Positions 52,901-64,000 of a stretch of DNA of 64,000 nucleotides are shown in pieces. This DNA comes from Eledone cirrhosa (lineage: Eukaryota): the NCBI GenBank assembly GCA_964016885.1, contig OZ024744.1, forward strand, positions 5,766,001 to 5,830,000. Direction: 5' to 3'. A program made the translations under genes and the position numbers. Each line of letters begins with the position of its first letter. Position 1 is the first letter of the stretch. Below the pieces are notes generated by a model, which saw nothing but the letters and a program-made list of their open reading frames with translations, was not told the origin of the DNA and did no database searches.

Positions 52901-55900
52901 GGTGGTAGTAGTAATGTTGATGGTAGTATTAATGTTGGTGGTAGTAGTAATGTTGGTGGTAGTAGTAATGTTGGTGGTAGTAGTAATGTTGGTGGTAATA
53001 GTAATGTTGGTGGTAGTAGTAATGTTGGTGGTAGTAGTAATGTTGGTAGTAGTAGTAGTAATGTTGGTGGTAGTAGTAATGTTGGTAGTAGTAATCTTGG
53101 TGGTAGTAGTAATGTTGGTGGTAGTAGTAATGTTGGTGGTAGTAGTAATGTTGGTGGTAGTAGAAATGTTGGTGGTAGTAGTAATGTTGGTGGTAATAGT
53201 AATGTTGGTGGTAATAGTAATGTTGGTGGTAGTAGTAATGTTGGGAGTAGTAGTAATGTTGGTGGTAGTAGTAATGTTGGTGGTAGTAGTAATGTTGGTG
53301 GTAGTAGTAATGTTGGTGGTAGTAGTAATGTTGGTGGTAGTAGTAATGTTGGTAGTAATAGTAATGTTGGTGGTAGTAGTAATGTTGGTAGTAATAGTAA
53401 TGTTGGTGGTAGTAGTAATGTTGGTAGTAGTAATGTTGGTGGTAGTTAGTAATGTTGGTGGTAGTAGTAATGTTGGTGGTAGTAGTAATGTTGGTGGTAA
53501 TAGTAATGTTGGTAGTAATAGTAATGTTGGTGGTAGTAGTAATGTTGGTGGTAGTAGTAATGTTGGTGGTAGTAGTAATGTTGGTAGTAGTAGTAGTAAT
53601 GTTGGTGGTAGTAGTAATGTTGGTAGTAGTATCTTGGTGGTAGTAGTAATGTTGGTGGTAGTAGTAATGTTGGTGGTAGTAGTATGTTGGTGGTAATAGT
53701 AATGTTGGTGGTAATAGTAATGTTGGTGGTAATAGTAATGTTGGTGGTAATAGTAATGTTGGTGGTAGTAGTAGTAATGTTGGTGGTAGTAGTAATGTTG
53801 GTGGTAGTAGTAATGTTGGGAGTAGAAGTAATGTTGGTGGTAGTAGTAATGTTGGTGGTAGTAGTAATGTTGGTGGTAGTAGTAATGTTGGTGGTAGTAG
53901 TAATGTTGGTGGTAGTAGTAATGTTGGTAGTAATAGTAATGTTGGTGGTAGTAGTAATGTTGGTGGTAAGTAGTAATGTTGGTGGTAGTAGTAATGTTGG
54001 TAGTAGTAATGTTGGTAGTAGTAGTAATGTTGGTGGTAGTAGTAATGTTGGTAGTAATAGTAATGTTGGTGGTAGTAGTAATGTTGGTAGTAGTAATGTT
54101 GGTGGTAGTTAGTAATGTTGGTGGTAGTAGTAATGTTGGTGGTAGTAGTAATGTTGGTGGTAGTAGTAATGTTGGTAGTAGTAGTAATGTTGGTGGTAGT
54201 AGTAATGTTGGTAGTAGTAATGTTGGTGGTAGTAGTAATGTTGGTAATAGTAATGTTGGTGGTAATAGTAATGTTGGTGGTAGTAGTAATGTTGGTAGTA
54301 GTAATGTTGGTAGTAGTTAGTAATGTTGGTAATAGTAATGTTGGTGGTAGTAGTAATGTTGGTAGTAATAGTAATGTTGGTGGTAGTAGTAATATTGGTA
54401 GTAGTAATGTTGGTAGTAGTAGTAATGTTGGTGGTAGTAGTAATGTTGGTGGTAGTAGTAATGTTGGTAGTAGTAATGTTGGTGGTAGTAGTAATGTTGG
54501 TGGTAGTAGTAATGTTGGTGGTAGTAGTAATGTTGGTGGTAATAGTAATGTTGGTGGTAGTAGTAATGTTGGTGGTAGTAGTAATGTTGGTAGTAGTAGT
54601 AGTAATGTTGGTGGTAGTAGTAATGTTGGTAGTAGTAATCTTGGTGGTAGTAGTAATGTTGGTGGTAGTAGTAATGTTGGTGGTAGTAGTAATGTTGGTG
54701 GTAGTAGTAATGTTGGTGGTAGTAGTAATGTTGGTGGTATAGTAATGTTGGTGGTAATAGTAATGTTGGTGGTAGTAGTAATGTTGGGAGTAGTAGTAAT
54801 GTTGGTGGTAGTAGTAATGTTGGTGGTAGTAGTAATGTTGGTGGTAGTAGTAATGTTGGTGGTAGTAGTAATGTTGGTGGTAGTAGTAATGTTGGTAGTA
54901 ATAGTAATGTTGGTGGTAGTAGTAATGTTGGTAGTAATAGTAATGTTGGTGGTAGTAGTAATGTTGGTAGTAGTAATGTTGGTGGTAGTTAGTAATGTTG
55001 GTGGTAGTAGTAATGTTGGTGGTAGTAGTAATGTTGGTGGTAATAGTAATGTTGGTAGTAATAGTAATGTTGGTGGTAGTAGTAATGTTGGTGGTAGTAG
55101 TAATGTTGGTGGTAGTAGTAATGTTGGTAGTAGTAGTAGTAATGTTGGTGGTAGTAGTAATGTTGGTAGTAGTAATCTTGGTGGTAGTAGTAATGTTGGT
55201 GGTAGTAGTAATGTTGGTGGTAGTAGTAATGTTGGTGGTAATAGTAATGTTGGTGGTAATAGTAATGTTGGTGGTAATAGTAATGTTGGTGGTAATAGTA
55301 ATGTTGGTGGTAGTAGTAGTAATGTTGGTGGTAGTAGTAATGTTGGTGGTAGTAGTAATGTTGGGAGTAGAAGTAATGTTGGTGGTAGTAGTAATGTTGG
55401 TGGTAGTAGTAATGTTGGTGGTAGTAGTAATGTTGGTGGTAGTAGTAATGTTGGTGGTAGTAGTAATGTTGGTAGTAATAGTAATGTTGGTGGTAGTAGT
55501 AATGTTGGTGGTAGTAGTAATGTTGGTGGTAGTAGTAATGTTGGTAGTAGTAATGTTGGTAGTAGTAGTAATGTTGGTGGTAGTAGTAATGTTGGTAGTA
55601 ATAGTAATGTTGGTGGTAGTAGTAATGTTGGTAGTAGTAATGTTGGTGGTAGTTAGTAATGTTGGTGGTAGTAGTAATGTTGGTGGTAGTAGTAATGTTG
55701 GTGGTAGTAGTAATGTTGGTAGTAGTAGTAATGTTGGTGGTAGTAGTAATGTTGGTAGTAGTAATGTTGGTGGTAGTAGTAATGTTGGTAATAGTAATGT
55801 TGGTGGTAATAGTAATGTTGGTGGTAGTAGTAATGTTGGTAGTAGTAATGTTGGTAGTAGTTAGTAATGTTGGTAATAGTAATGTTGGTGGTAGTAGTAA

Positions 55901-58900
55901 TGTTGGTAGTAATAGTAATGTTGGTGGTAGTAGTAATTGGTAGTAGTAATGTTGGTAGTAGTAGTAATGTTGGTGGTAGTAGTAATGTTGGTGGTAGTAG
56001 TAATGTTGGTAGTAGTAATGTTGGTGGTAGTAGTAATGTTGGTGTAGTAGTAATGTTGGTGGTAGTAGGTAATGTTGGTGGTATTAGTAATGTTGGTGGT
56101 AGTAGTAATGTTGGTGGTAGTAGTAATGTTGGTGGTAGTAGTAATGTTGGTAGTAATAGTAATGTTGGTGGTAGTAGTAATGTTGGTAGTAGTAATGTTG
56201 GTGGTAGTAGTAATGTTGGTGGTAGTAGTAATGTTGGTGGTAGTAGTAATGTTGGTGGTAGTAGTAATGTTGGTAGTAGTAGTAATGTTGGTGGTAGTAG
56301 TAATGTTGGTAGTAGTAATGTTGGTAGTAATAGTAATGTTGGTGGTAGTAGTAATGTTGGTAGTAGTAGTAATGTTGGTGGTAGTAGTAATGTTGGTGGT
56401 AGTAGTAATGTTGGTGGTAGTAGTAATGTTGGTGGTAGTAGTAATGTTGGTAGTAGTAGTAATGTTGGTGGTAGTAGTAATGTTGGTAGTAGTAGTAATG
56501 TTGGTGGTAGTAGTAATGTTGGTGGTAGTAGTAATGTTGGTGGTAGTAGTAATGTTGGTGGTAGTAGTAATGTTGGTAGTAATAGTAATGTTGGTGGTAG
56601 TAGTAATGTTGGTAGTAGTAGTAATGTTGGTGGTAGTAGTAATGTTGGTGGTAGTAGTAATGTTGGTGGTAGTAGTAATGTTGGTAGTAGTAGTAATGTT
56701 GGTGGTAGTAGTAATGTTGGTAGTAGTAATGTTGGTAGTAATAGTAATGTTGGTGGTAGTAGTAATGTTGGTAGTAGTAGTAATGTTGGTGGTAGTAGTA
56801 ATGTTGGTGGTAGTAGTAATGTTGGTGGTAGTAGTAATGTTGGTGGTAGTAGTAATGTTGGTGGTAGTAGTAATGTTGGTGGTAGTAGTAATGTTGGTAG
56901 TATAGTAATGTTGGTGGTAGTAGTAATGTTGGTGGTAGTGGTAATGTTGGTGGTAGTAGTAATGTTGGTGGTAGTAGTAATGTTGGTGGTAGTAGTAATG
57001 TTGGTAGTAGTAGTAATGTTGGTGGTAGTAGTAATGTTGGTGGTAGTAGTAATGTTGGTGGTAGTAGTAATGTTGGTAGTAGTAGTAATGTTGGTAGTAG
57101 TAGTAATGTTGGTGGTAGTAGTAATGTTGGTGGTAGTAGTAATGTTGGTAGTAATAGTAATGTTGGTGGTAGTAGTAATGTTGGTGGTAGTAGTAATGTT
57201 GGTGGTAGTAGTAATGTTGGTGGTAGTAGTGATGTTGGTAGTAGTAGTGATGTTGGTGGTAGTAGTAATGTTGGTGGTAGTAGTAATGTTGGTGGTAGTA
57301 GTAATGTTGGTAGTAGTAGTAATGTTGGTGGTAGTAGTAATGTTGGTGGTAGTAGTAATGTTGGTGGTAGTAGTAATGTTGGTGGTAGTAGTAATGTTGG
57401 TGGTAGTAGTGATGTTGGTAGTAGTAATGTTGGTGGTAGTAGTAATGTTGGTAGTAGTAATGTTGGTGGTAGTAGTAATGTTGGTAGTAGTAATGTTGGT
57501 GGTAGTAGTAATGTTGGTGGTAGTAGTAATGTTGGTGGTAGTAGTAATGTTGGTGGTAGTAGTAATGTTGGTGGTAGTAGTAATGTTGGTAGTAGTAGTA
57601 ATGTTGGTGGTAGTAGTAATGTTGGTGGTAGTAGTAATGTTGGTGGTAGCAGTAATGTTGGTGGTAGTAGTAATGTTGGTGGTAGTAGTAATGTTGGTGG
57701 TAGTAGTAATGTTGGTAGTAGTAATGTTGGTGGTAGTAGTAATGTTGGTGGTAGTAGTAATGTTGGTGGTAGTAGTGTTGGTGGTAGTAGTAATGTTGGT
57801 GGTAGTAGTAATGTTGGTGGTAGTAGTAATGTTGGTAGTAGTAATGTTGGTAGTAGTAGTAATGTTGGTAGTAGTCATATTGGTGGTAGTAGTAATGTTG
57901 GTGGTAGTAGTAATGTTGGTGGTAATGGTAATGTTGGTGGTAGTAGTAATGTTGGTAGTAGTAATGTTGGTGGTAGTAGTAATGTTGGTGGTAGTAGTAA
58001 TGTTGGTGGTAATGGTAATGTTGGTGGTAGTAGTAATGTTGGTGGTAGTAGTAATGTTGGTGGTAGTAGTAATGTTGGTAGTAGTAATGTTGGTAGTAGT
58101 AGTAATGTTGGTAGTAGTCATGTTGGTGGTAGTAGTAATGTTGGTGGTAGTAGTAATGTTGGTGGTAATGGTAATGTTGGTGGTAGTAGTAATGTTGGTA
58201 GTAGTAATGTTGGTGGTAGTAGTAATGTTGGTGGTAGTAGTAATGTTGGTGGTAATGTAATGTTGGTGGTATTAGTAATGTTGGTGGTAGTAGTAATGTT
58301 GGTGGTAGTAGTAATGTTGGTGGTAATAGTAATCTTGGTGGTAGTAATGTTGGTAGTAGTAGTAATGTTGGTGGTAGTAGTAATGTTGGTAGTAGTAGTA
58401 ATGTTGGTGGTAGTAGTAATGTTGGTGGTAATAGTAATGTTGGTGGTAGTAGTAATGTTGGTGGTAGTAGTAATGTTGGTGGTAGTAGTAGTAATGTTGG
58501 TGGTAGTAGTAATGTTGGTGGTAGTAGTAATGTTGGTGGTAGTAGTAATGTTGGTGGTAATAGTAATGTTGGTAGTAATAGTAATGTTGGTGGTAGTAGT
58601 AATGTTGGTGGTAGTAGTAATGTTGGTAGTAGTAGTAGTAATGTTGGTGGTAGTAGTAATGTTGGTAGTAGTAATCTTGGTGGTAGTAGTAATGTTGGTG
58701 GTAGTAGTAATGTTGGTGGTAATAGTAATGTTGGTGGTAATAGTAATGTTGGTGGTAGTAGTAATGTTGGTAGTAGTTAGTAATGTTGGTAATAGTAATG
58801 TTGGTGGTAATAGTAATGTTGGTGGTAGTAGTAATGTTGGTGGTAGTAGTAATGTTGGTGGTAGTAGTAATGTTGGTGGTAGTAGTAATGTTGGTGGTAG

Positions 58901-61900
58901 TAGTAATGTTGGTGGTAGTAGTAATGTTGGTGGTAATAGTAATGTTGGTGGTAGTTAGTAATGTTGGTGGTAGTTAGTAATGTTGGTGGTAGTAGTAATG
59001 TTGGTAGTAGTAATGTTGGTGGTAGTAGTAATGTTGGTAGCAGTAGTAATGTTGGTAATAGTAATGTTGGTGGTAATAGTAATGTTGGTGGTAATAGTAA
59101 TGTTGGTGGTAGTAGTAATGTTGGTGGTAGTAGTAATGTTGGTGGTAGTAGTAATGTTGGTAGTAATAGTAATGTTGGTGGTAATAGTAATGTTGGTGGT
59201 AGTAGTAATGTTGGTAGTAGTAGTAATGTTGGTGGTAGTAGTAATGTTGGTAGTAGTAATGTTGGTAGTAGTAGTAATGTTGGTGGTAGTAGTAATGTTG
59301 GTGGTAGTAGTAATGTTGGTAGTAGTAATGTTGGTGGTAGTAGTAATGTTGGTGGTAGTAGTAATGTTGGTGGTAGTAGTAATGTTGGTGGTAGTAGTAA
59401 TGTTGGTGGTAGTAGTAATGTTGGTGGTAGTAGTAATGTTGGTGGTAGTAGTAATGTTGGTGGTAGTAGTAATGTTGGTAGTAATGGTAATGTTGGTGGT
59501 AGTAGTAATGTTGGTAGTAGTAATGTTGGTGGTAGTAGTAATGTTGGTGGTAGTAGTAATGTTGGTGGTAGTAGTAATGTTGGTGGTAGTAGTAATGTTG
59601 GTGGTAGTTGTAATGTTGGTGGTAGTAGTAATGTTGGTAGTAATAGTAATGTTGGTGGTAGTAGTAATGTTGGTAGTAGTAGTAATGTTGGTGGTAGTTA
59701 GTAATGTTGGTGGTAGTTAGTAATGTTGGTGGTAGTAGCAATGTTGGTGGTAGTAGTAATGTTGGTAGTAATGGTAATGTTGGTGGTAGTAGTAATGTTG
59801 GTGGTAATAGTAATGTTGGTGGTAGTAGTAATGTTGGTGGTAGTAGTAATGTTGGTGGTAGTAGTAATGTTGGTAGTAGTAGTAATGTTGGTGGTAGTAG
59901 TAATGTTGGTGGTAGTAGTAATGTTGGTAGTAATAGTAATGTTGGTGGTAGTAGTAATGTTGGTAGTAGTAATGTTGGTGGTAGTAGTAATGTTGGTGGT
60001 AGTAGTAATGTTGGTAGTAGTAGTAATGTTGGTGGTAGTAGTAATGTTGGTGGTAGTAGTAATGTTGGTAGTAATAGTAATGTTGGTGGTAGTAGTAATG
60101 TTGGTAGTAGTAGTAATGATGGTGTGTTGGTGGTAGTAGTAATGTTGGTAGTAGTAGTAATGTTGGTGGTAGTAGTAATGTTGGTAGTAGTAATGTTGGT
60201 AGTAATAGTAATGTTGGTGGTAGTAGTAATGTTGGTAGTAGTAGTAATGTTGGTGGTAGTAGTAATGTTGGTAGTAGTAATGTTGGTAGTAGTAGTAATG
60301 TTGGTGGTAGTAGTAATTTTGGTGGTAGTAGTAATGTTGGTGGTAGTAGTAATGTTGGTGGTAGTAGTAATGTTGGTGGTAGTAGTAATGTTGGTGGTAG
60401 TAGTAATGTTGGTGGTAGTAGTAATGTTGGTGGTAGTAGTAATGTTGGTAGTAGTAGTAATGTTGGTGGTAGTAGTAATGTTGGTAGTAGTAGTAATGTT
60501 GGTAGTAGTAATGTTGGTGGTAGTAGTAATGTTGGTGGTAGTAGTAATGTTGGTGGTAGTAGTAATGTTGGTGGTAGTAGTAATGTTGGTGGTAGTAGTA
60601 ATGTTGGTGGTAGTAGTAATGTTGGTAGTAGTAGTAATGTTGGTGGTAGTAGTAATGTTGGTGGTAGTAGTAATGTTGGTAGTAGTAGTAATGTTGGTAG
60701 TAGTAATGTTGGTGGTAGTAGTAATGTTGGTGGTAGTAGTAATGTTGGTGGTAGTAGTAATGTTGGTGGTAGTAGTAATGTTGGTGGTAGTAGTAATGTT
60801 GGTGGTAGTAGTAATGTTGGTGGTAGTAGTAATGTTGGTGGTAGTAGTAATGTTGGTAGTAGTAGTAATGTTGGTAGTAGTAGTAATGTTGGTGGTAGTA
60901 GTAATGTTGGTGGTAGTAGTAATGTTGGTAGTAGTAGTAATGTTGGTAGTAGTAGTAATGTTGGTAGTAGTAGTAATGTTGGTAGTAGTAGTAATGTTGG
61001 TGGTAGTAGTAATGTTGGTGGTAGTAGTAATGTTGGTAGTAGTAATGTTGGTGGTAGTAGTAATGTTGGTGGTAGTAGTAATGTTGGTGGTAGTAGTAAT
61101 GTTGGTAGTAGTAATGTTGGCAGTAGTAGTAATGTTGGTGGTAGTAGTAATGTTGGTGGTAGTAGTAATGTTGGTAGTAGTAGTAATGTTGGTGGTAGTA
61201 ATGTTGGTGGTAGTAGTAATGTTGGTGGTAGTAGTAATGTTGGTAGTAGTAATGTTGGTGGTAGTAGTAATGTTGGTGGTAGTAGTAATGTTGGTAGTAG
61301 TAGTAATGTTGGTAGTAGTAATGTTGGTGGTAGTAGTAATGTTGGTGGTAGTAGTAATGTTGGTGGTAGTAGTAATGTTGGTGGTAGTAGTAATGTTGGT
61401 GGTAGTAGTAATGTTGGTAGTAGTAGTAATGTTGGTGGTAGTAGTAATGTTGGTGGTAGTAGTAATGTTGGTAGTAGTAGTAATGTTGGTAGTAGTAATG
61501 TTGGTGGTAGTAGTAATGTTGGTGGTAGTAGTAATGTTGGTGGTAGTAGTAATGTTGGTGGTAGTAGTAATGTTGGTGGTAGTAGTAATGTTGGTGGTAG
61601 TAGTAATGTTGGTGGTAGTAGTAATGTTGGTGGTAGTAGTAATGTTGGTAGTAGTAGTAATGTTGGTGGTAGTAGTAATGTTGGTGGTAGTAGTAATGTT
61701 GGTAGTAGTAGTAATGTTGGTAGTAGTAATGTTGGTGGTAGTAGTAATGTTGGTGGTAGTAGTAATGTTGGTGGTAGTAGTAATGTTGGTGGTAGTAGTA
61801 ATGTTGGTGGTAGTAGTAATGTTGGTGGTAGTAGTAATGTTGGTGGTAGTAGTAATGTTGGTGGTAGTAGTAATGTTGGTAGTAGTAATGTTGGTGGTAG

Positions 61901-64000
61901 TAGTAATGTTGGTGGTAGTAGTAATCTTGGTGGTAGTAGTAATGTTGGTGGTAGTAGTAATGTTGGTAGTAGTAATGTTGGTAGTAGTAGTAATGTTGGT
62001 GGTAGTAGTAATGTTGGTGGTAGTAGTAATGTTGGTGGTAGTAGTAATGTTGGTGGTAGTAGTAATGTTGGTGGTAGTAGTAATGTTGGTGGTAGTAGTA
62101 ATGTTGGTAGTAGTAGTAATGTTGGTAGTAGTAATGTTGGTGGTAGTAGTAATGTTGGTGGTAGTAGTAATGTTGGTGGTAGTAGTAATGTTGGTGGTAG
62201 TAGTAATGTTGGTGGTAGTAGTAATCTTGGTGGTAGTAGTAATGTTGGTGGTAGTAGTAATGTTGGTAGTAGTAATGTTGGTAGTAGTAGTAATGTTGGT
62301 GGTAGTAGTAATGTTGGTGGTAGTAGTAATGTTGGTGGTAGTAGTAATGTTGGTGGTAGTAGTAATGTTGGTGGTAGTAGTAATGTTGGTGGTAGTAGTA
62401 ATGTTGGTAGTAGTAGTAATGTTGGTGGTAGTAGTAATGTTGGTGGTAGTAGTAATGTTGGTGGTAGTAGTAATGTTGGTAGTAGTAATAATGTTGGTGG
62501 TAGTAGTAATGTTGGTGGTAATAGTAATGTTGGTGGTAGTAGTAATGTTGGTGGTAGTAGTAATGTTGGTGGTAATAGTAATGTTGGTGGTAGTAGTAAT
62601 GTTGGTGGTAATAGTAATGTTGGTGGTAGTAGTAATGTTGGTAGTAATAGTAATGTTGGTGGTAGTAGTAATGTTGGTGGTAGTAGTAATGTTGGTGGTA
62701 GTAGTGATGTTGGTAGTAATAGTAATGTTGGTGGTAGTAGTAATGTTGGTAGTAATAGTAATGTTGGTGGTAGTAGTAATGTTGGTAGTAATAGTAATGT
62801 TGGTGGTAGTAGTAATGTTGGTGGTAGTAGTAATGTTGGTGGTAGTAGTGATGTTGGTAGTAATAGTAATGTTGGTGGTAGTAGTAATGTTGGTAGTAGT
62901 AATGTTGGTGGTAGTAGTAATGTTGGTAGTAGTAGTAATGTTGGTAGTAGTAGTAATGTTGGTGGTAGTAGTAATGTTGGTGGTATTAGTAATGTTGGTA
63001 GTAGTAGTAATGTTGGTGGTAGTAGTAATGTTGGTGGTAGTAGTAATGTTGGTGGTAGTAGTAATGTTGGTGGTAGTAGTAATGTTGGTAGTAGTAGTAA
63101 TGTTGGTGGTAGTAGTAATGTTGGTGGTAGTAGTAATGTTGGTAGTAGTAGTAATGTTGGTAGTAGTAATGTTGGTGGTAGTAGTAATGTTGGTGGTAGT
63201 AGTAATGTTGGTGGTAATAGTAATGTTGGTGGTAGTAGTAATGTTGGTGGTAGTAGTAATGTTGGTAGTAATAGTAATGTTGGTGGTAGTAGTAATGTTG
63301 GTGGTAGTAGTAATGTTGGTGGTAGTAGTAATGTTGGTGGTAGTAGTAATGTTGGTGGTAGTAGTGATGTTGGTAGTAGTAGTAATGTTGGTAGTAGTAG
63401 TAATGTTGGTAGTAGTAGTAATGTTGGTGGTAGTAGTAATGTTGGTGGTAGTAGTAATCTTGGTGGTAGTAGTAATGTTGGTGGTAGTAGTAATGTTGGT
63501 GGTAGTAGTAATGTTGGTAGTAATAGTAATGTTGGTGGTAGTAGTAATGTTGGTGGTAGTAGTAATGTTGGTGGTAGTAGTAATGTTGGTGGTAGTAGTA
63601 ATGTTGGTGGTAGTAGTAATGTTGGTGGTAGTTAGTAATGTTGGTGGTAGTAGTAATGTTGGTAGTAGTAATGTTGGTGGTAGTAGTAATGTTGGTAGTA
63701 GTAGTAATGTTGGTGGTAGTAGTAATGTTGGTAGTAATAGTAATGTTGGTGGTAATAGTAATGTTGGTGGTAGTAGTAATGTTGGTGGTAGTAGTAATGT
63801 TGGTGGTAGTAGTAATGTTGGTGGTAGTAGTAATGTTGGTGTTAGTAGTAATGTTGGTGGTAGTAGTAATGTTCGTAGTAATAGTAATGTTGGTGGTAGT
63901 AGTAATGTTGGTAGAAGTAGTAATGTTGGTGGTAGTTAGTAATGTTGGTGGTAGTAGTAATGTTGGTGGTAGTAGTAATGTTGGTAGTAGTAGTAATGTT
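34994..64000 (+). repeat. At least 29-kb satellite, monomer AATGTTGGT(G/A)GTAGTAGT (18 bp, with 15-, 19- and 21-bp variants); continues past window end
   Basis: Direct reading; the + strand is almost devoid of C. Confidence 0.98.

Noticed and set aside
34925-63939. Very long ORFs (poly-MLVVVV, NVGGSS, NITTTT, HQHYYY, PPTLLL)
   Set aside because: The 18-bp triplet-built repeat lacks stops in five of six frames. There is no unique coding context, and frameshifting monomers have been amplified.

Overview
This is AT-rich, repeat-dominated eukaryotic DNA, probably invertebrate; the species cannot be determined from the sequence. I see no intact protein-coding gene. (1) 1-6.8 kb is a nest of Penelope-like retroelement (PLE) fragments separated by (TA)n tracts. 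It includes two decayed RT + GIY-YIG copies, a solo 3' end, a 5' fragment of another PLE family, a 467-bp tandem array and an 800-bp foldback. At least seven type I hammerhead ribozyme (HHR) motifs from three sequence families occur here, and the 467-bp array looks like a retrozyme. (2) 7.5-35 kb holds a decayed hAT-superfamily (hATm-like) transposase split into two oppositely oriented halves. Each half runs directly into a 35/32-bp satellite whose monomer matches the transposase's own 'GYT..TGKT' codons. The satellite therefore appears to have arisen inside the gene, grown to about 25 kb and been partly inverted. (3) 35-64 kb is an 18/15-bp, nearly C-free satellite (AATGTTGGTGGTAGTAGT)n, and the long ORFs there are compositional artefacts. 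All family assignments rest on motifs recognised by eye; no database search or folding computation was run.
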